From an uncultured Spirochaetota bacterium (lineage in GTDB: Bacteria > Spirochaetota > Spirochaetia > SZUA-6 > CAVTHK01): a stretch of DNA of 64,000 bases. This document shows, one piece after another, positions 1-10,223 of the stretch (its first letter is position 1; each line of letters begins with the position of its first letter). The translations under genes were made by a program, and so were the position numbers. The stretch spans positions 32,001 through 96,000 of the forward strand of contig CAVTHK010000010.1 of NCBI GenBank assembly GCA_963734495.1, given 5' to 3'. The notes below the pieces were generated by a model. That model saw nothing but the letters and a program-made list of their open reading frames with translations, had not been told where the DNA came from and did no database searches.

Positions 1-423
1 CGGCCGCTCCGGCGCTCCGGTCCATTCGCTCGCGCCGTCGGCGTAGTGCTCCTTTTTCCAGATCGGGACCCGCCGCTTGACCTCGTCGATGACGTAGCTG
101 CACGCGGCGAACGCCGGGCCGCGGTGGGCCGCGGTGACGCCGATCCAGACCGCGGCCTCGCCGACCGCGAGGCGCCCCAGGCGGTGGACGCACCGCACCG
201 AACCCACGTCGAACCTTTCCTCGGCTTCGACGGCGACGCGCTCGCCTTCCTTGAGGGCGAGCGTCCCGTACGCCTCGTACTCGAGCGCGGTCACCGCGCG
301 GCCCTCGTTTTCCGCGCGCACCCACCCCTCGAAGGTGACGAGCGCGCCGGCCGCGGCGTCCCGCAGCCCGGCCGCCAGGCTCGCGGGATCGAGCGGATCG
401 GGGCTCACGGAGAATCGTTCCAT
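1..423 (-). CDS. moaE: Molybdopterin synthase catalytic subunit (runs off the left edge)
   Basis: Hand translation MERFSVSPDPLDP...GALVTFEGWVR...LEYEAY...CVHRLGRLAVGE...AAHRGPAFAACSYVIDEVKRRVPIWKKEHY; TGATG-coupled to moaD. Confidence 0.9.
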   Translation of the reverse strand, partial: MERFSVSPDPLDPASLAAGLRDAAAGALVTFEGWVRAENEGRAVTALEYEAYGTLALKEGERVAVEAEERFDVGSVRCVHRLGRLAVGEAAVWIGVTAAHRGPAFAACSYVIDEVKRRVPIWKKEHYADGASEWTGAPERP

Positions 424-668
424 CAACCGCCTCCAAAGGGGGCCAGGAAGACGATCGTGTCGCCGTCGGCGAGCTCCGTATCCCAGCCCGCCATCTCGTC
501 GTTCACCGCGACCGCCATCCCGTCGGGCGGCGGACGGAACCCGTGCCGCCGCGCAAGCTCGCTGTAGACCGCGGCCGGCGTGCGCCCGTCGGTCTCGACC
601 GTCTCCTCGGCGCGCCCGCGCCGCTCGCGCAGCTCCGCGAAGTAGAGAATCCGGATCCGCAAGCTCAT
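423..668 (-). CDS. moaD: Molybdopterin synthase sulfur carrier (MoaD/ThiS ubiquitin-like fold)
   Basis: IRILYFAELRE...VAVNDE...LADGDTIVFLAPFGGG with C-terminal GG; adjacent to moaE. Confidence 0.9.
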   Translation of the reverse strand: MSLRIRILYFAELRERRGRAEETVETDGRTPAAVYSELARRHGFRPPPDGMAVAVNDEMAGWDTELADGDTIVFLAPFGGG

Positions 669-802
669 CCCCGCTCTCACCCCCCTCGCGTCCGCGCCGC
701 GGGGGGCAGCGCGCCGCCCGGACGTGGCGCGGGCATCGGGCGGCGGACTTCTCCTTGAACATTGTCTTCCATGGAGCCGCCTCTTCGCGGCCCCGGCGCG
801 CC

Positions 803-1430
803 TTACTCTTCGAGCTCGACGTTCCAGTAGGCGGCGTCGAGGAAGCTTCTCCAGGAGGCGTACTGTTTGTTGCCGATGTGCGCGACGATCGCCGGATTGA
901 GCGTGGGACGGTAAGGTGGGCGGATGAGCGTCATCTCCGCCTCCTCCGGGCAGGCGGCTGCCCTTGCGGATGTTGCAGGACACGCAGGCGCAGACCAGGT
1001 TCTCCCACGTGTCCGTGCCTCCGCGCGAGCGGGGCACCACGTGGTCGATGTTGAGGTCCTTGGCCTTGAGCCGCCGGCCGCAGTACTGACAGGTGTTGCG
1101 GTCGCGGAAATAGAGGTTCTTGCGGGTCAGCCGCACGCGGTAGGGGCGGCTCTTGTCGTAGCGCAGGACGCGGATGATCCGCGGGACCATGAGGACGACG
1201 CTCGAAGTCCGCACCCACTCGTGATCCCCGCCGCCGTCGAGCGAGACGCGATACGAGGAGAGCTCGGCCCAGCTCGGAAAGTCGAAGTTGCGGTACGTCT
1301 CGTTCTCGACCGCGACCGCCTCGGCGATCCGGGCAAAGAGCATGCAAAAAGCGCGCCGGGCTGTGGTCAGGTTGATCGGGCTGTAGTATCGGTTGAGGAC
1401 TAGGACACTGGTGTCAAGCACGTCTGCCAT
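803..1430 (-). CDS. HNH endonuclease (McrA-like); one frameshift near 945
   Basis: VLVLNRYYSP N-terminus; RDRNTCQYCG...DHVVPRSRGG...WENLVCACVSCNIRKG; C-terminus SFLDAAYWNVELEE in the next frame. Confidence 0.85.
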
Positions 1431-1652
1431 GGTCGAAGCCGGCGCGGCCCCCCGGGGCCACCCCGGGCGCCCGTGCACCGGATGATCGCACGACCGTAAG
1501 CCGTTGCGCAAGGGGCGCACGGCAAGGGGCGCGCCGAGCGGGGCCGTGGGCAGCACGCGGACGGGCGAAATCGCGCGGCGCGGGGGTGCAAGGCGGCACG
1601 ATGGACATTCGGGGACCGGTGCCGGGCGGGCCCCGGAGGCCCCGACTAAAGA

Positions 1653-1681
1653 TTGCCACGATGCTGCCGAGATAGTATCTT
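1653..1681 (+). promoter_or_regulatory. Putative sigma70 promoter of the dksA-like gene
   Basis: TTGCCA-17-TATCTT, followed by a CCACCCC/GGGGTGG hairpin in the leader. Confidence 0.5.
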
Positions 1682-1730
1682 GTCTGCCCCCACCCCTTAG
1701 GGGGGTGGACCAAGGATCCGGGAGCTCGTG

Positions 1731-2087
1731 ATGAATCAGGCATTTGTGCGCAGGATGCAGAAGCGCCTCGAAGACATGAGGCACGAAATCTTAGCCAAGC
1801 TCGCCGCGGAAACCAGCGAGATGCGTGCCATCGCCCAGGCCGACGACACCAAGGACCTGGTGGACCTCGCTACACACCAGATCGACCGCACCGCGCTGCA
1901 GGCGCTGGGAGCCGCGGAGCTCAAGCGCCTGAACCTGATCGATGCCGCGCTCGCCCGCATCCGGGAGGGCCGCTACGGAGTCTGCCTCAAGACCGGCAGG
2001 CCGATCCCCGAGGAGCGCCTCGAGGCCATTCCCTACGCCCTGTACACCGTCGAGGCGCAGAAGCAGCTGGAGCGGCGCAGCAACTAG
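1731..2087 (+). CDS. dksA: DksA/TraR family transcription factor
   Basis: Coiled coil with DLVDLA, then ALARIREGRYGVCLKTGRPIPEERLEAIPYALYTVEAQ; only one Cys (zinc-less type). Confidence 0.85.
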   Translation: MNQAFVRRMQKRLEDMRHEILAKLAAETSEMRAIAQADDTKDLVDLATHQIDRTALQALGAAELKRLNLIDAALARIREGRYGVCLKTGRPIPEERLEAIPYALYTVEAQKQLERRSN

Positions 2088-2161
2088 GAAGCCTGCGCGA
2101 CCTCCGCGGTCGGCCGCTCACGCGGCCGCAGAGTGTCCGGCCGCGGCGGACCGCGGCCAAT

Positions 2162-3877
2162 CTAGTCCCCGGCGTCCCGGGGCCGATCCGCGCCGGGGCG
2201 GACGCCCGGCGGGGTCGCCGGCGGCTCCGCGGCGCGTCCGCCGCGACGGGATCGGCTGGCGTCGCGTCACCGGGCGTCTCACCCGCCGGCCGCCGGGCCG
2301 GCGTCTGCGGAATCACGAACTGCCTGACGATCTGCAGCAGCCGCCGGATGTCCTCGAACCCCTCGGACGATGCCGGAGATGAAGTCGGCGTTGCGGTCGC
2401 CGGCGATCACGCGGACGTTCACGATCTTCTCGGGCACGCGCGCCTTGTGGTCGCCGAGCACGTCCTTGAGCAGCGATCGCGAGCCGGTTGTAGGCTGCCG
2501 CCGCCCTCCTCGAGCACCTCGCGCGCCTCCTTGTTGACGGCCCGCACGATGCGGCGGAGCTCGGCGCTGACGGCAGCCTTGCCGCGCGCGTGGCCGTCGA
2601 GGGAAAGGTGGATGACGCCGCGACGAAAACGGGCCCGTCGTTCGTCGAATCCGCCTCGAACTCCTCGAGCCGCGTCCGCACCGACTCGGCGGCACAGCGC
2701 GGCCGCGGACAGCGACTCCTGGAAGCGCCTGTCGCGGAAAGTCGCCTCATACGAGCAGCCGCTTGACCGGGTCCATGAGGCGGTTCTCGTAGCGGGCCAG
2801 CGCGAAGCTCTTGAGGATGCGCAGCGGGAACACCAGGTCGATAGCCTTCCATGTCCCGCCGCAGCAGCATCGCGCTTTCCTCGTCGCTGTAGCCTTTGAG
2901 GGCGAGCAGCTCTATGCCTTCGAACAGCGCCTTGACGTCGGCATCGAGCGCGGCCCGGCCCGCCTCCCGCGCGAGGCGTTCGCGATCGTGCTCGTACTGC
3001 TCGGTGACCCTGCGCGTGAAAGCCGCGAGATGCTCTTCGGTCCCCTCGTCCACCCTGGGCAGGTACCCGGGGTCGCGGCGCACGGCCCGGATCAGGTCGA
3101 GGAGGAGGGGCGCGGGCACCGCCTGCTGCAGCATGTCGCGGGCCCTCTCGGCCGCGCGGGTCAGCGCGTCCGGATCGTAACGGTCGTCCGCGTAGAGCCG
3201 CGATGCGAGATAGCGGACGTTGCTCGCCACGGCCTCCGTGACCTGCAGCCGGCCGATCACGAAATACAGGTCGAGCAGGCCGTCCAGGGCCTCTTCGCCC
3301 GGCACTTCGGAGAATCCGAGCTTGTAGTCGGTGCGCGTCGACTCGAACCGCGGGTCGAAGCGCTTGAGCAGCCGGTCGAAGTCGAATGCGCACAGCGAAG
3401 CGAGCCGAGGGTATCGGTCATCTCGGCGTCGAATCCGGCATACGACTTCGCCGCCGAAGGCGGCTCATGTAGCGATTGAACTCTCGGCGATGGCTTTGAG
3501 CACCGGATCCGCCCGTGCGCCGGGGGTGAGCTGTCTCTTCATCTCTTTGTAGGTAAAGGCGATACATCGCGCCTCCATCCCCGGCGGGAGGCGCGACTCA
3601 GCGAGCAGGTCCCGGTAGCGCTGAGCGGTCTCGGAGTCCTCGTGGGAGAGCGTATTGCGGAAGACCGGGCGCAGCGGATCCAGGCTGCGGGAGAGCTGAA
3701 GGACGCGCACCGCGAAGCCCGGTGCCAGCGCCCGGGCGCGCGCGGCCGAAAGACCGGCGGATTGGCGGCCCGAAGCCGCGCGTGGATGCTGCGGAGCTCG
3801 AGCCTCCTGGAGCGCTCCTCGCCCCGGTAGACCACCGACGAGATCAGCTGACGCAGCAGAGCGAGGAGGCCGGCCAT
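2162..3877 (-). CDS. Conserved hypothetical helical protein, DUF5312-like (several frameshifts)
   Basis: Stitched ORF fragments (LRQLISSVVYRGEERSRRLELRSIH...; CAFDFDRLLKRFDPRF...; PEKIVNVRVIAGDRN); family assignment from recall only. Confidence 0.55.
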
Positions 3878-3884
3878 TTCGCCC

Positions 3885-3913
3885 ATTCTAAAGACTGGGG
3901 GACGGACGTTCAA
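3885..3913 (-). promoter_or_regulatory. Sigma70-like promoter giving a leaderless transcript
   Basis: TTGAAC-17-TAGAAT-7 nt-ATG(3877) on the minus strand. Confidence 0.6.
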
Positions 3914-3983
3914 CAGAGGTCGCCTCCTTCTCCGATACTTGGATAGATGCGGCTTCTCCTCTAAGATAGCCGTGGGTGCACTG

Positions 3984-5432
3984 ATGGACGAGGCGACAGA
4001 AAACCCGCCGCAGCGGCAGATGTCCGAAGAGGACCTGCGGCGCAAGATCGAGGACTACTATCTCCCGCGGCAGCTCGTCGAGGCGATCTTCGAGCTGGGC
4101 GAGATCCCGGAAAGCTCGACGGAGACGGTCATCGGGATCGGTTTCGTCGACATCGCCGACTACTCCTTCATCTCCAAGTTCCTGAGCCCGACCGAGAACC
4201 AGGTCGTCCTGAACGGCCTGTTCACCGCCTTCGACTGGGTGCTGCGCAGGCACGGCGGCTACCTCAACAAGATCGAAGGCGACAGCATGATGTTCCAGTT
4301 CGGCGGGCTCACCGACCGCACGACTCGCGGGCTGGACCCGGCCAAGGCCAGGCGGACCATCGCGGAGCGCCTGTTCTACGCGTGCGTCAAGATGCAGCGG
4401 GCCTGCGCGCTGTTCAACGAGGCCAACGATCGCTTCCTCGACGAGGAGGCCGACCCGAAGCTGCGCGCGGACCTGAAGAAGGCGTTCGACATCATCCGCA
4501 CTCTGCGCACCAGCAACGACCTCGGTGCCGTCCCTGAACGCCCTCTTCCAGATCCGCATCCGCATCGGCGCGAATATCGGCGAGGTCAACACCGGGCAAC
4601 CTCGGGCCCGCGCGGCCGCAAGCACTGGGACATCATCGGGGTGCCGGTCATCGAGGCCAAGCGCATGGAAGCCACCGCGCCGATCGGGGGCCTGCGCATC
4701 ACTGCCGAGCTCTACCAGGCGCTCGAAGAGGGCGGAGTGGTCAAGTCCTATTTCGAGGAGTTCCGCCGCGAGGCACGCGTGCTGTTCGGGGCTTTCAGGG
4801 ACATCAGCGCAGGAGGAGCTCTTCAAGGCCAGCGCCGTCCTGCTCAAGGACAAGCGCAACGCGACGTTCAACACCTACAGCGTGCAGGTCAACCCGAAGC
4901 TCCCGGAGGCGATCGCCGAGCAGACCACGCTCCTGCTCGACCAGGGGGAGCCCGGCGCGGACCGGGTGATCCAGTTCCTCCAGTACTACCGCGGCAGCCG
5001 CTTCGTCGATCCGGGCGATGGAGCACACCCTGGAGCAGAAAGGCGTCAACATCCGGCGTCACGACATCCTGAAGATCGTGTATCCGCGCACGTTCGACGC
5101 GGCTGCGCCAGGCGTGCGGGGGCGACCGGCACAAGACGGCCCAGGTCGTGAAAGAGCGATACGACCTCTACGACCTGTTCGCGAAACTCGGCGACCTGCA
5201 GGACAAGGTCAAGGAGCACGTCTCCTTCGAAGCGCCCCGGTCGGAGCACTACGATTACGAGCGCCGGATGGCCCAGGAGATCGACAACGTCATTACCAAC
5301 TACAAGCTCGTCGAGCGCTCCGTCCGCCTGACGAACTACTTCCACAACTACGTCTACCCGCTGGTGTACCGCAGCATCAAGGTGAGCATCCTCGAATATC
5401 AGAACCGGATTTCCGCCCTCGAAGAGGTGTAG
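3984..5432 (+). CDS. Class III adenylate/guanylate cyclase domain protein with uncharacterised C-terminal region (frameshifted)
   Basis: GFVDIADYS, HGGYLNKIEGDSMM, RIRIGANIGEV, WDIIGVPVIEAKRME. Confidence 0.8.
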
Positions 5433-5457
5433 AAAGAGCGCGGTCCGCCGTGTGCCC

Positions 5458-5500
5458 TGACCCGGCGTACTCGCCGGGCTTTGACCCGGCGTACCCGGGC
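5458..5500. repeat. Palindromic repeat between convergent genes (REP-like)
   Basis: Hairpin CCCGGCG-TACT-CGCCGGG (5461-5478); direct repeat TGACCCGGCGTAC at 5458 and 5482; same core as the 9.3 kb array. Confidence 0.6.
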
Positions 5501-5617
5501 GCCCGGACAAGGCTCAAGGGGCCCGTCCGGCCGAACGGCTCAAGTCCGCCGGGCGATGCGACCGTGCGCGGCGCTCTGCGCAGCCCGCGACCGTCTTCGC
5601 CGCCCCCCCCGCCCCGT

Positions 5618-6457
5618 TCAGGGGCGCACGTCGACGACGGCGTGCTCCCGCTTGCCGGCGATCCAGGCCGCAAGCCGCTCCTCTCGCGCGTGTATGAGCA
5701 ACCTGTTCCGCGCCTCCTGCAGCGCCTCTTCGTGGGTCATCGGCCTCTCGGGCTCGCTCTCCCACACCTTGACGACGTGGTAGCCGAACGCGGTCAGCAG
5801 GACCGGCGAGATCTCGCCGGGCTTCATCGAGAACACGGGCACGTCGAACTCATCCACCATGCGACCCGGCGAAAAGAAGCCCAGGTCCCCGCCCGCGTCG
5901 TCGCAGCCGGAGTGCTCCCGCGCCACCTGCGCGAAATCCGCGCCTTCCAGAAGCTTCGCGCGCACGGCGACCATTTCCCGGTAGGCCGCGGCCGGGTCGG
6001 GGTCAGGCCGCTTCACGATGTGCGAAGCGCGGACGCGCTGCGGGTGCACCATCTCCGCGGAGTGCGCGTGCGAGTATTCCTCGACGCTTTCCTCGGTCGG
6101 CGGCTCGACGTCGTGCGTGAGGTCGGCGACGAACTTGTCGACGCGGATGCGGTCCTGCAGCTCGCGCTTGATGCGCTTCTCGTGCGGTTTCCGTGAAAGG
6201 CCCATCTGCGTGTAGAACTGGGTCTCCCCGCCGTAGCCCGCCACCAGGCGCCCGTACTCTGCGTCCACCTCTTCGGCCGTGACGCCGATGCCGGCGTTAA
6301 AGGCATTCTGCCGCAGCAGGCCGCGCGCGACCAGGCTTTCGCGGGCGCGCGCCTCCGCCTGCTGCCGGTCGAGCTGCGGCGCCTCCCGCATCACCCGCGC
6401 CACTTCCTGCTCGCAGGCCTGCGCCGATATCCGTTCTCCGTTGAGTATGATCTCCAT
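5618..6457 (-). CDS. Parvulin/PpiC-type peptidyl-prolyl isomerase with SurA-like N-domain
   Basis: RVRASHIV...FAQVAREHS...GGDLGFFSPGRMVDEFD...GEISPVLLTAFGYHVVKV. Confidence 0.9.
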   Translation of the reverse strand: MEIILNGERISAQACEQEVARVMREAPQLDRQQAEARARESLVARGLLRQNAFNAGIGVTAEEVDAEYGRLVAGYGGETQFYTQMGLSRKPHEKRIKRELQDRIRVDKFVADLTHDVEPPTEESVEEYSHAHSAEMVHPQRVRASHIVKRPDPDPAAAYREMVAVRAKLLEGADFAQVAREHSGCDDAGGDLGFFSPGRMVDEFDVPVFSMKPGEISPVLLTAFGYHVVKVWESEPERPMTHEEALQEARNRLLIHAREERLAAWIAGKREHAVVDVRP

Positions 6458-6593
6458 GTCGGCGCGATCCTAACGGAACGAGCCGGGTGCATCAAGCCAG
6501 GGATGGCATGGCGCGGGGCGCCCCGGGGTGCACGCGCCGCTTCCTTGGGCAGTCTTGGGCAACGTCGCGGGACCTGATACTGTGGCGGCAGCC

Positions 6594-7314
6594 ATGGCAA
6601 GGAACGAGCTCGTGACGATCGCGGCGGACCTTTCCGCCGCCGTGGATCGCCTCCGCTTCGGGGCTCCGGTGCAGACCGTCTACAATCCGCTCGATTACGC
6701 GTGGCAGGCACACGAGGAATACCTGCGGCGTTTCGCCGCCGCGCCGAAGCGTGTCGTCTTCCTCGGGATGAACCCGGGACCCTGGGGCATGGTCCAGACA
6801 GGCATACCGTTCGGCGAGGTGGAGATGGTGCGCGACTGGCTGGGAATCCACGCCGCGGTAGGAGCTCCGTCGCGGCTGCATCCGCGGCGGCCGGTGCTCG
6901 GCTGGAGCTGCACCCGCAGGGAGCCGAGCGGCCGCCGCCTCTGGGGCCTGATCCGGGAGAGGTTCGGCACGCCGCAGGCCTTCTTCAAGGACCACTTCGT
7001 CGCGAACTACTGCCCCCTCGCCTTCTTCGACGAAGCGGGGCACGAATCTCACGCCCGACCGACTGCGCGCCGACGACCGGCGGGCGCTCGAGCACGTGTG
7101 CGACGACCATCTCCGGCGTCTCGTCCTGGCGCTGCGCCCGCAGTGGGCCATAGGCGTCGGCGCTTACGCCGGCTCGCGGCTAAAGACGGCCTGCGCAGGA
7201 ACGACCGTGAGAGTGGACAGCATCCTGCACCCGAGCCCCGCGAGCCCCGCCGCCAACAGGGGCTGGGCCGAGGCGGTCACGACGCGTCTGCGCGATCTCG
7301 GGATCTGGCGGTAG
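6594..7314 (+). CDS. SMUG1-type (family 3) uracil-DNA glycosylase; frameshift near 7040
   Basis: YNPLDYAW, GMNPGPWGMVQTGIPFGEV, EPSGRRLW, NYCPLAF, ILHPSPASPAAN. Confidence 0.9.
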
Positions 7315-7335
7315 GCCCGGGCGCGGGACGGACGG

Positions 7336-7980
7336 CTACATTTCCCTCACGTCGACCACGCGCTCGACGAAGGGCTTGATGGTCTCCAGCAGCTTCTCGC
7401 GCGCGACGCCGTCGATTTTGATCGTGACCAGCACCGTGGTCGGCTCGTCGCCCGGGAGCGAGCCGAAGGCGAGGATGTTCCCTCCGATGCCGGCGACGGC
7501 GCCCGAGAGCTTTGCGAGCTCGCCGCGCACGTCGGGCACGATCGCCTCGATGCGAATCCCCTTTCGCCTCGCGGCGAAGACGTCGACGAACACGCGGAAG
7601 ATATCGGATTCGGTCACGATGCCCACCGGCTTGCCGTCGGCGACGACGGGCAGGCAGCCGATGTCGTGATCGGCCATGACCCGCGCGGCCTGCTCGAGCG
7701 GCGTATCGCCCGTAACGGTGATGACCTCGTGCGTCATCACCTTGGAGACGCGCAGCTTCGCCAGCAGGTAGTTGATCTCGTACATGCTCAGGCTCGTCGC
7801 GGGCGAAGGGGATGCGTAGATCAGGTCCTTTTCCGTGACGATCCCCACGAGCTTCCCCGACGTCTCGACGACGGGCAGGTGGTGAATCTTGTCTCGCCGC
7901 ATGACCGACTGGGCCTCGGCGACCGGTGTGTCAGGCGTCGTAGTCACCACGTTGCGCGACATTGCTCGGGAAACCAGCAT
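7336..7980 (-). CDS. CBS-pair plus ACT domain protein (AcuB-like)
   Basis: Two CBS domains (HLPVV...GIVTEKD; CLPVV...GIVTESD), [16 protein letters not shown]-terminal ACT. Confidence 0.85.
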   Translation of the reverse strand: MLVSRAMSRNVVTTTPDTPVAEAQSVMRRDKIHHLPVVETSGKLVGIVTEKDLIYASPSPATSLSMYEINYLLAKLRVSKVMTHEVITVTGDTPLEQAARVMADHDIGCLPVVADGKPVGIVTESDIFRVFVDVFAARRKGIRIEAIVPDVRGELAKLSGAVAGIGGNILAFGSLPGDEPTTVLVTIKIDGVAREKLLETIKPFVERVVDVREM

Positions 7981-8109
7981 CGCGGCGCCCTCCTCTCTCG
8001 TTCCAGTCTAATGCATCGGCCGCCGCCTTGCACACGTAGAGGCGCATGCCGGCGGCCCCGGAGCGACAACGCGGTCTGCGGGCGCCGGCGCGGCGCCGTG
8101 AGCCCTCGG

Positions 8110-9069
8110 TCAGTTCTCGGCCAGCCAGCGCTCGCATTCGAGGGCCGCCGCGCAGCCGCTCCCCGCGGCCGTGACGGCCTGCCTGTAGACCTTGTCCTGG
8201 ACGTCGCCGCACGCGAACACCCCCGGCACCCTGGTGTGCGTGGACCCGGGCACGGGCATGACCAGGTAGCCCGACTCGTCGGTTTCGAGCTGCCCGCCCA
8301 GAAACGCCGTGTTCGGGTCGTGGCCGATGGCGTAGAACAGGCCGCTCACGTCGATGAGCCCCTCCTTGCCCGTGCTCGTGTTGCGGGTCCTGACGCCGGT
8401 GAGAAAGTCCCGTCCCACGGCCTCCGTCGCGATCGTGTTCCAGACGATCTCGATCTTCGGATTCTCCATGACTCTCTTCTGCATGGCCTTCGACGCGCGC
8501 AAGGCAGTCCCTGCGGTGCAGCATGTAGACGCGGCTCGCGAAGCGCGTCAGGTACGCTTGCCTCCTCGCAGGCCGTGTCGCCGCCGCCGATGACGACCAG
8601 CGGCTTCGCGCGGAAGATCGGCAGGGCGCCGTCGCAGACCGCGCAGGCGGACATGCCCTTCTGCCAGTAGCGGTCCTCGCCGGGTATCCCGAGCCGTTTC
8701 GCGTGTCGCGCCTGTCGCGATGATGACGCGACCGCGCCAGGAACTCCCGACCGCCCGCCGTCACGCGGAACGGCCGCCGCGACAGGTCCACGGCCTCGAC
8801 GGTCTCGGTTTCGATGCGCGTGCCGTGCCTGAGCGATTGGGCCCGCATCCGGTCCATCAGATCGGGGCCCGAGATACCCTCGGGGAAACCGGGGAAGTTC
8901 TCCACTTCGGTGGTGGTGGTAAGCTGCCCGCCGGCAGCAACGCCTCCGGCGAGGAAGCCCTCGAACATCAGCGGCGACGAGGCTCGCACGTGCCGCGTAG
9001 ATGGCCGCGGTGTGGCCCGCAGGCCCGGATCCGATGATGATGACATTTTCGATTGTTCAATTCCGCCAT
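8110..9069 (-). CDS. trxB: Thioredoxin-disulfide reductase (frameshifted)
   Basis: [70 protein letters not shown]. Confidence 0.92.
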
Positions 9070-9259
9070 CGTTCCTCGCTTCGGCGTAACAGTAACCACA
9101 AGCTCGCTCGCGGGCAATAGCTGCAGGAGAGGGCCGGGCGATCCAGCCGTCGGTTGCCGGGCAATACCGCCGACGCGCCGCAGCATACGGCCCTGGCGCG
9201 CCCGGGCCACCTCCTCGCGTCGCTCGGAGCCTCGGGGCACCTCCTGTGCCTTGCCCGGC

Positions 9260-9392
9260 GCTTGTACATCCCCGGCGAGTACGCACTCCCGCGAGTACGC
9301 GGGACCTTCGGGGGCCAAAGCGCGTGTACGCGCCGGGCTCGCGACATCTCCAGCGAGTACGCTGGGCTTGGGCATCGGGCGAGTACGCCCGA
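9260..9392. repeat. Intergenic array of GCG-AGTA-CGC hairpins
   Basis: GCGAGTACGC at 9275, 9291, 9353, 9379; GCGTGTACGC at 9322; four copies extended by different complementary outer stems. Confidence 0.75.
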
Positions 9393-9474
9393 CCGACGTG
9401 CATGTCGCTTGACAAACGCTACCGTTCGTAGTTTCGTAGGCACGTCTCAAGATCACCACCAAAGGAGAGCCCCG

Positions 9475-10223
9475 ATGAAAAATCGGCTCTGGTTGTTTGT
9501 CGCACTGGCGCTCGTCCCGTTCGCGCTGCTGTCGTGCAAACCCAAGGCGCAGGCGGTCAAGGTCACGATCGCCACCGACGCCACGTGGCCGCCGATGGAG
9601 TTCGTCAACGAGTCCAAGGAGATCGTGGGCTTCGACATCGACCTGATGAAGGCCGCGGCCAAGGCCGGCGGCTTCGCCGTCGAGTTCAAGAACACGGCGT
9701 GGGACGGCATCTTCGCCGGCCTCGCCAACGGCGAGTACGACGCGGTCATCTCGTCGGTGACCATCACCGACGAGCGGAAGCAGACCATGGACTTTTCGCG
9801 TCCCGTACATCAACGCCGGCCAGGTGCTCGTCGTGCGCTCGGACTCCGGCGCGGCCAAGCTCGCCGACCTCACGGGCAAGAGCGCGGGCGCCCAGATCGG
9901 CACGACGGGGGCCTTCGAGGTCGAGAAGGTCAAGGGCGTGACGCTCAAGACCTATGACGAGCTCGGGCTGGCGATCGAGGACCTCGCCAACAGCGCGCAT
10001 CGATGCGGTGGTCTGCGACACCCCGATCGCGGCCAACTACGTCCTGCAGAACCAGACCTACAAGGGCAAGCTCAAGATCGTCGGCCAGCCCTTCACGCAG
10101 GAGCTCTACGGGGTCGCGGTCAAGAAGGGCAACGCCAACGCCCTCGACAAGATCAACGCCGGTCTGAAGAAGGTCCTCGAGTCGCCCGAGTACCAGCAGC
10201 TCAAGACCAAGTGGCTCCAGTAA
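9475..10223 (+). CDS. Polar amino acid ABC transporter substrate-binding lipoprotein (frameshifted)
   Basis: LLSC lipobox; ATDATWPPMEF...GFDIDL...WDGIFAGL...TITDERK. Confidence 0.9.

Noticed and set aside
1-1430. HNH plus ubiquitin-like protein as an anti-phage conjugation system
   Set aside because: The Ubl is a normal MoaD coupled to MoaE, no E1/E2/JAB genes are visible, and this HNH family is a common stand-alone gene.
9260-9392. CRISPR array
   Set aside because: The repeat core is only 10 nt, spacers are 6-21 nt, and no cas genes are present.
10220-10223. GTA non-canonical start for the amino-acid permease
   Set aside because: An in-frame GTG at 10211 explains the start.
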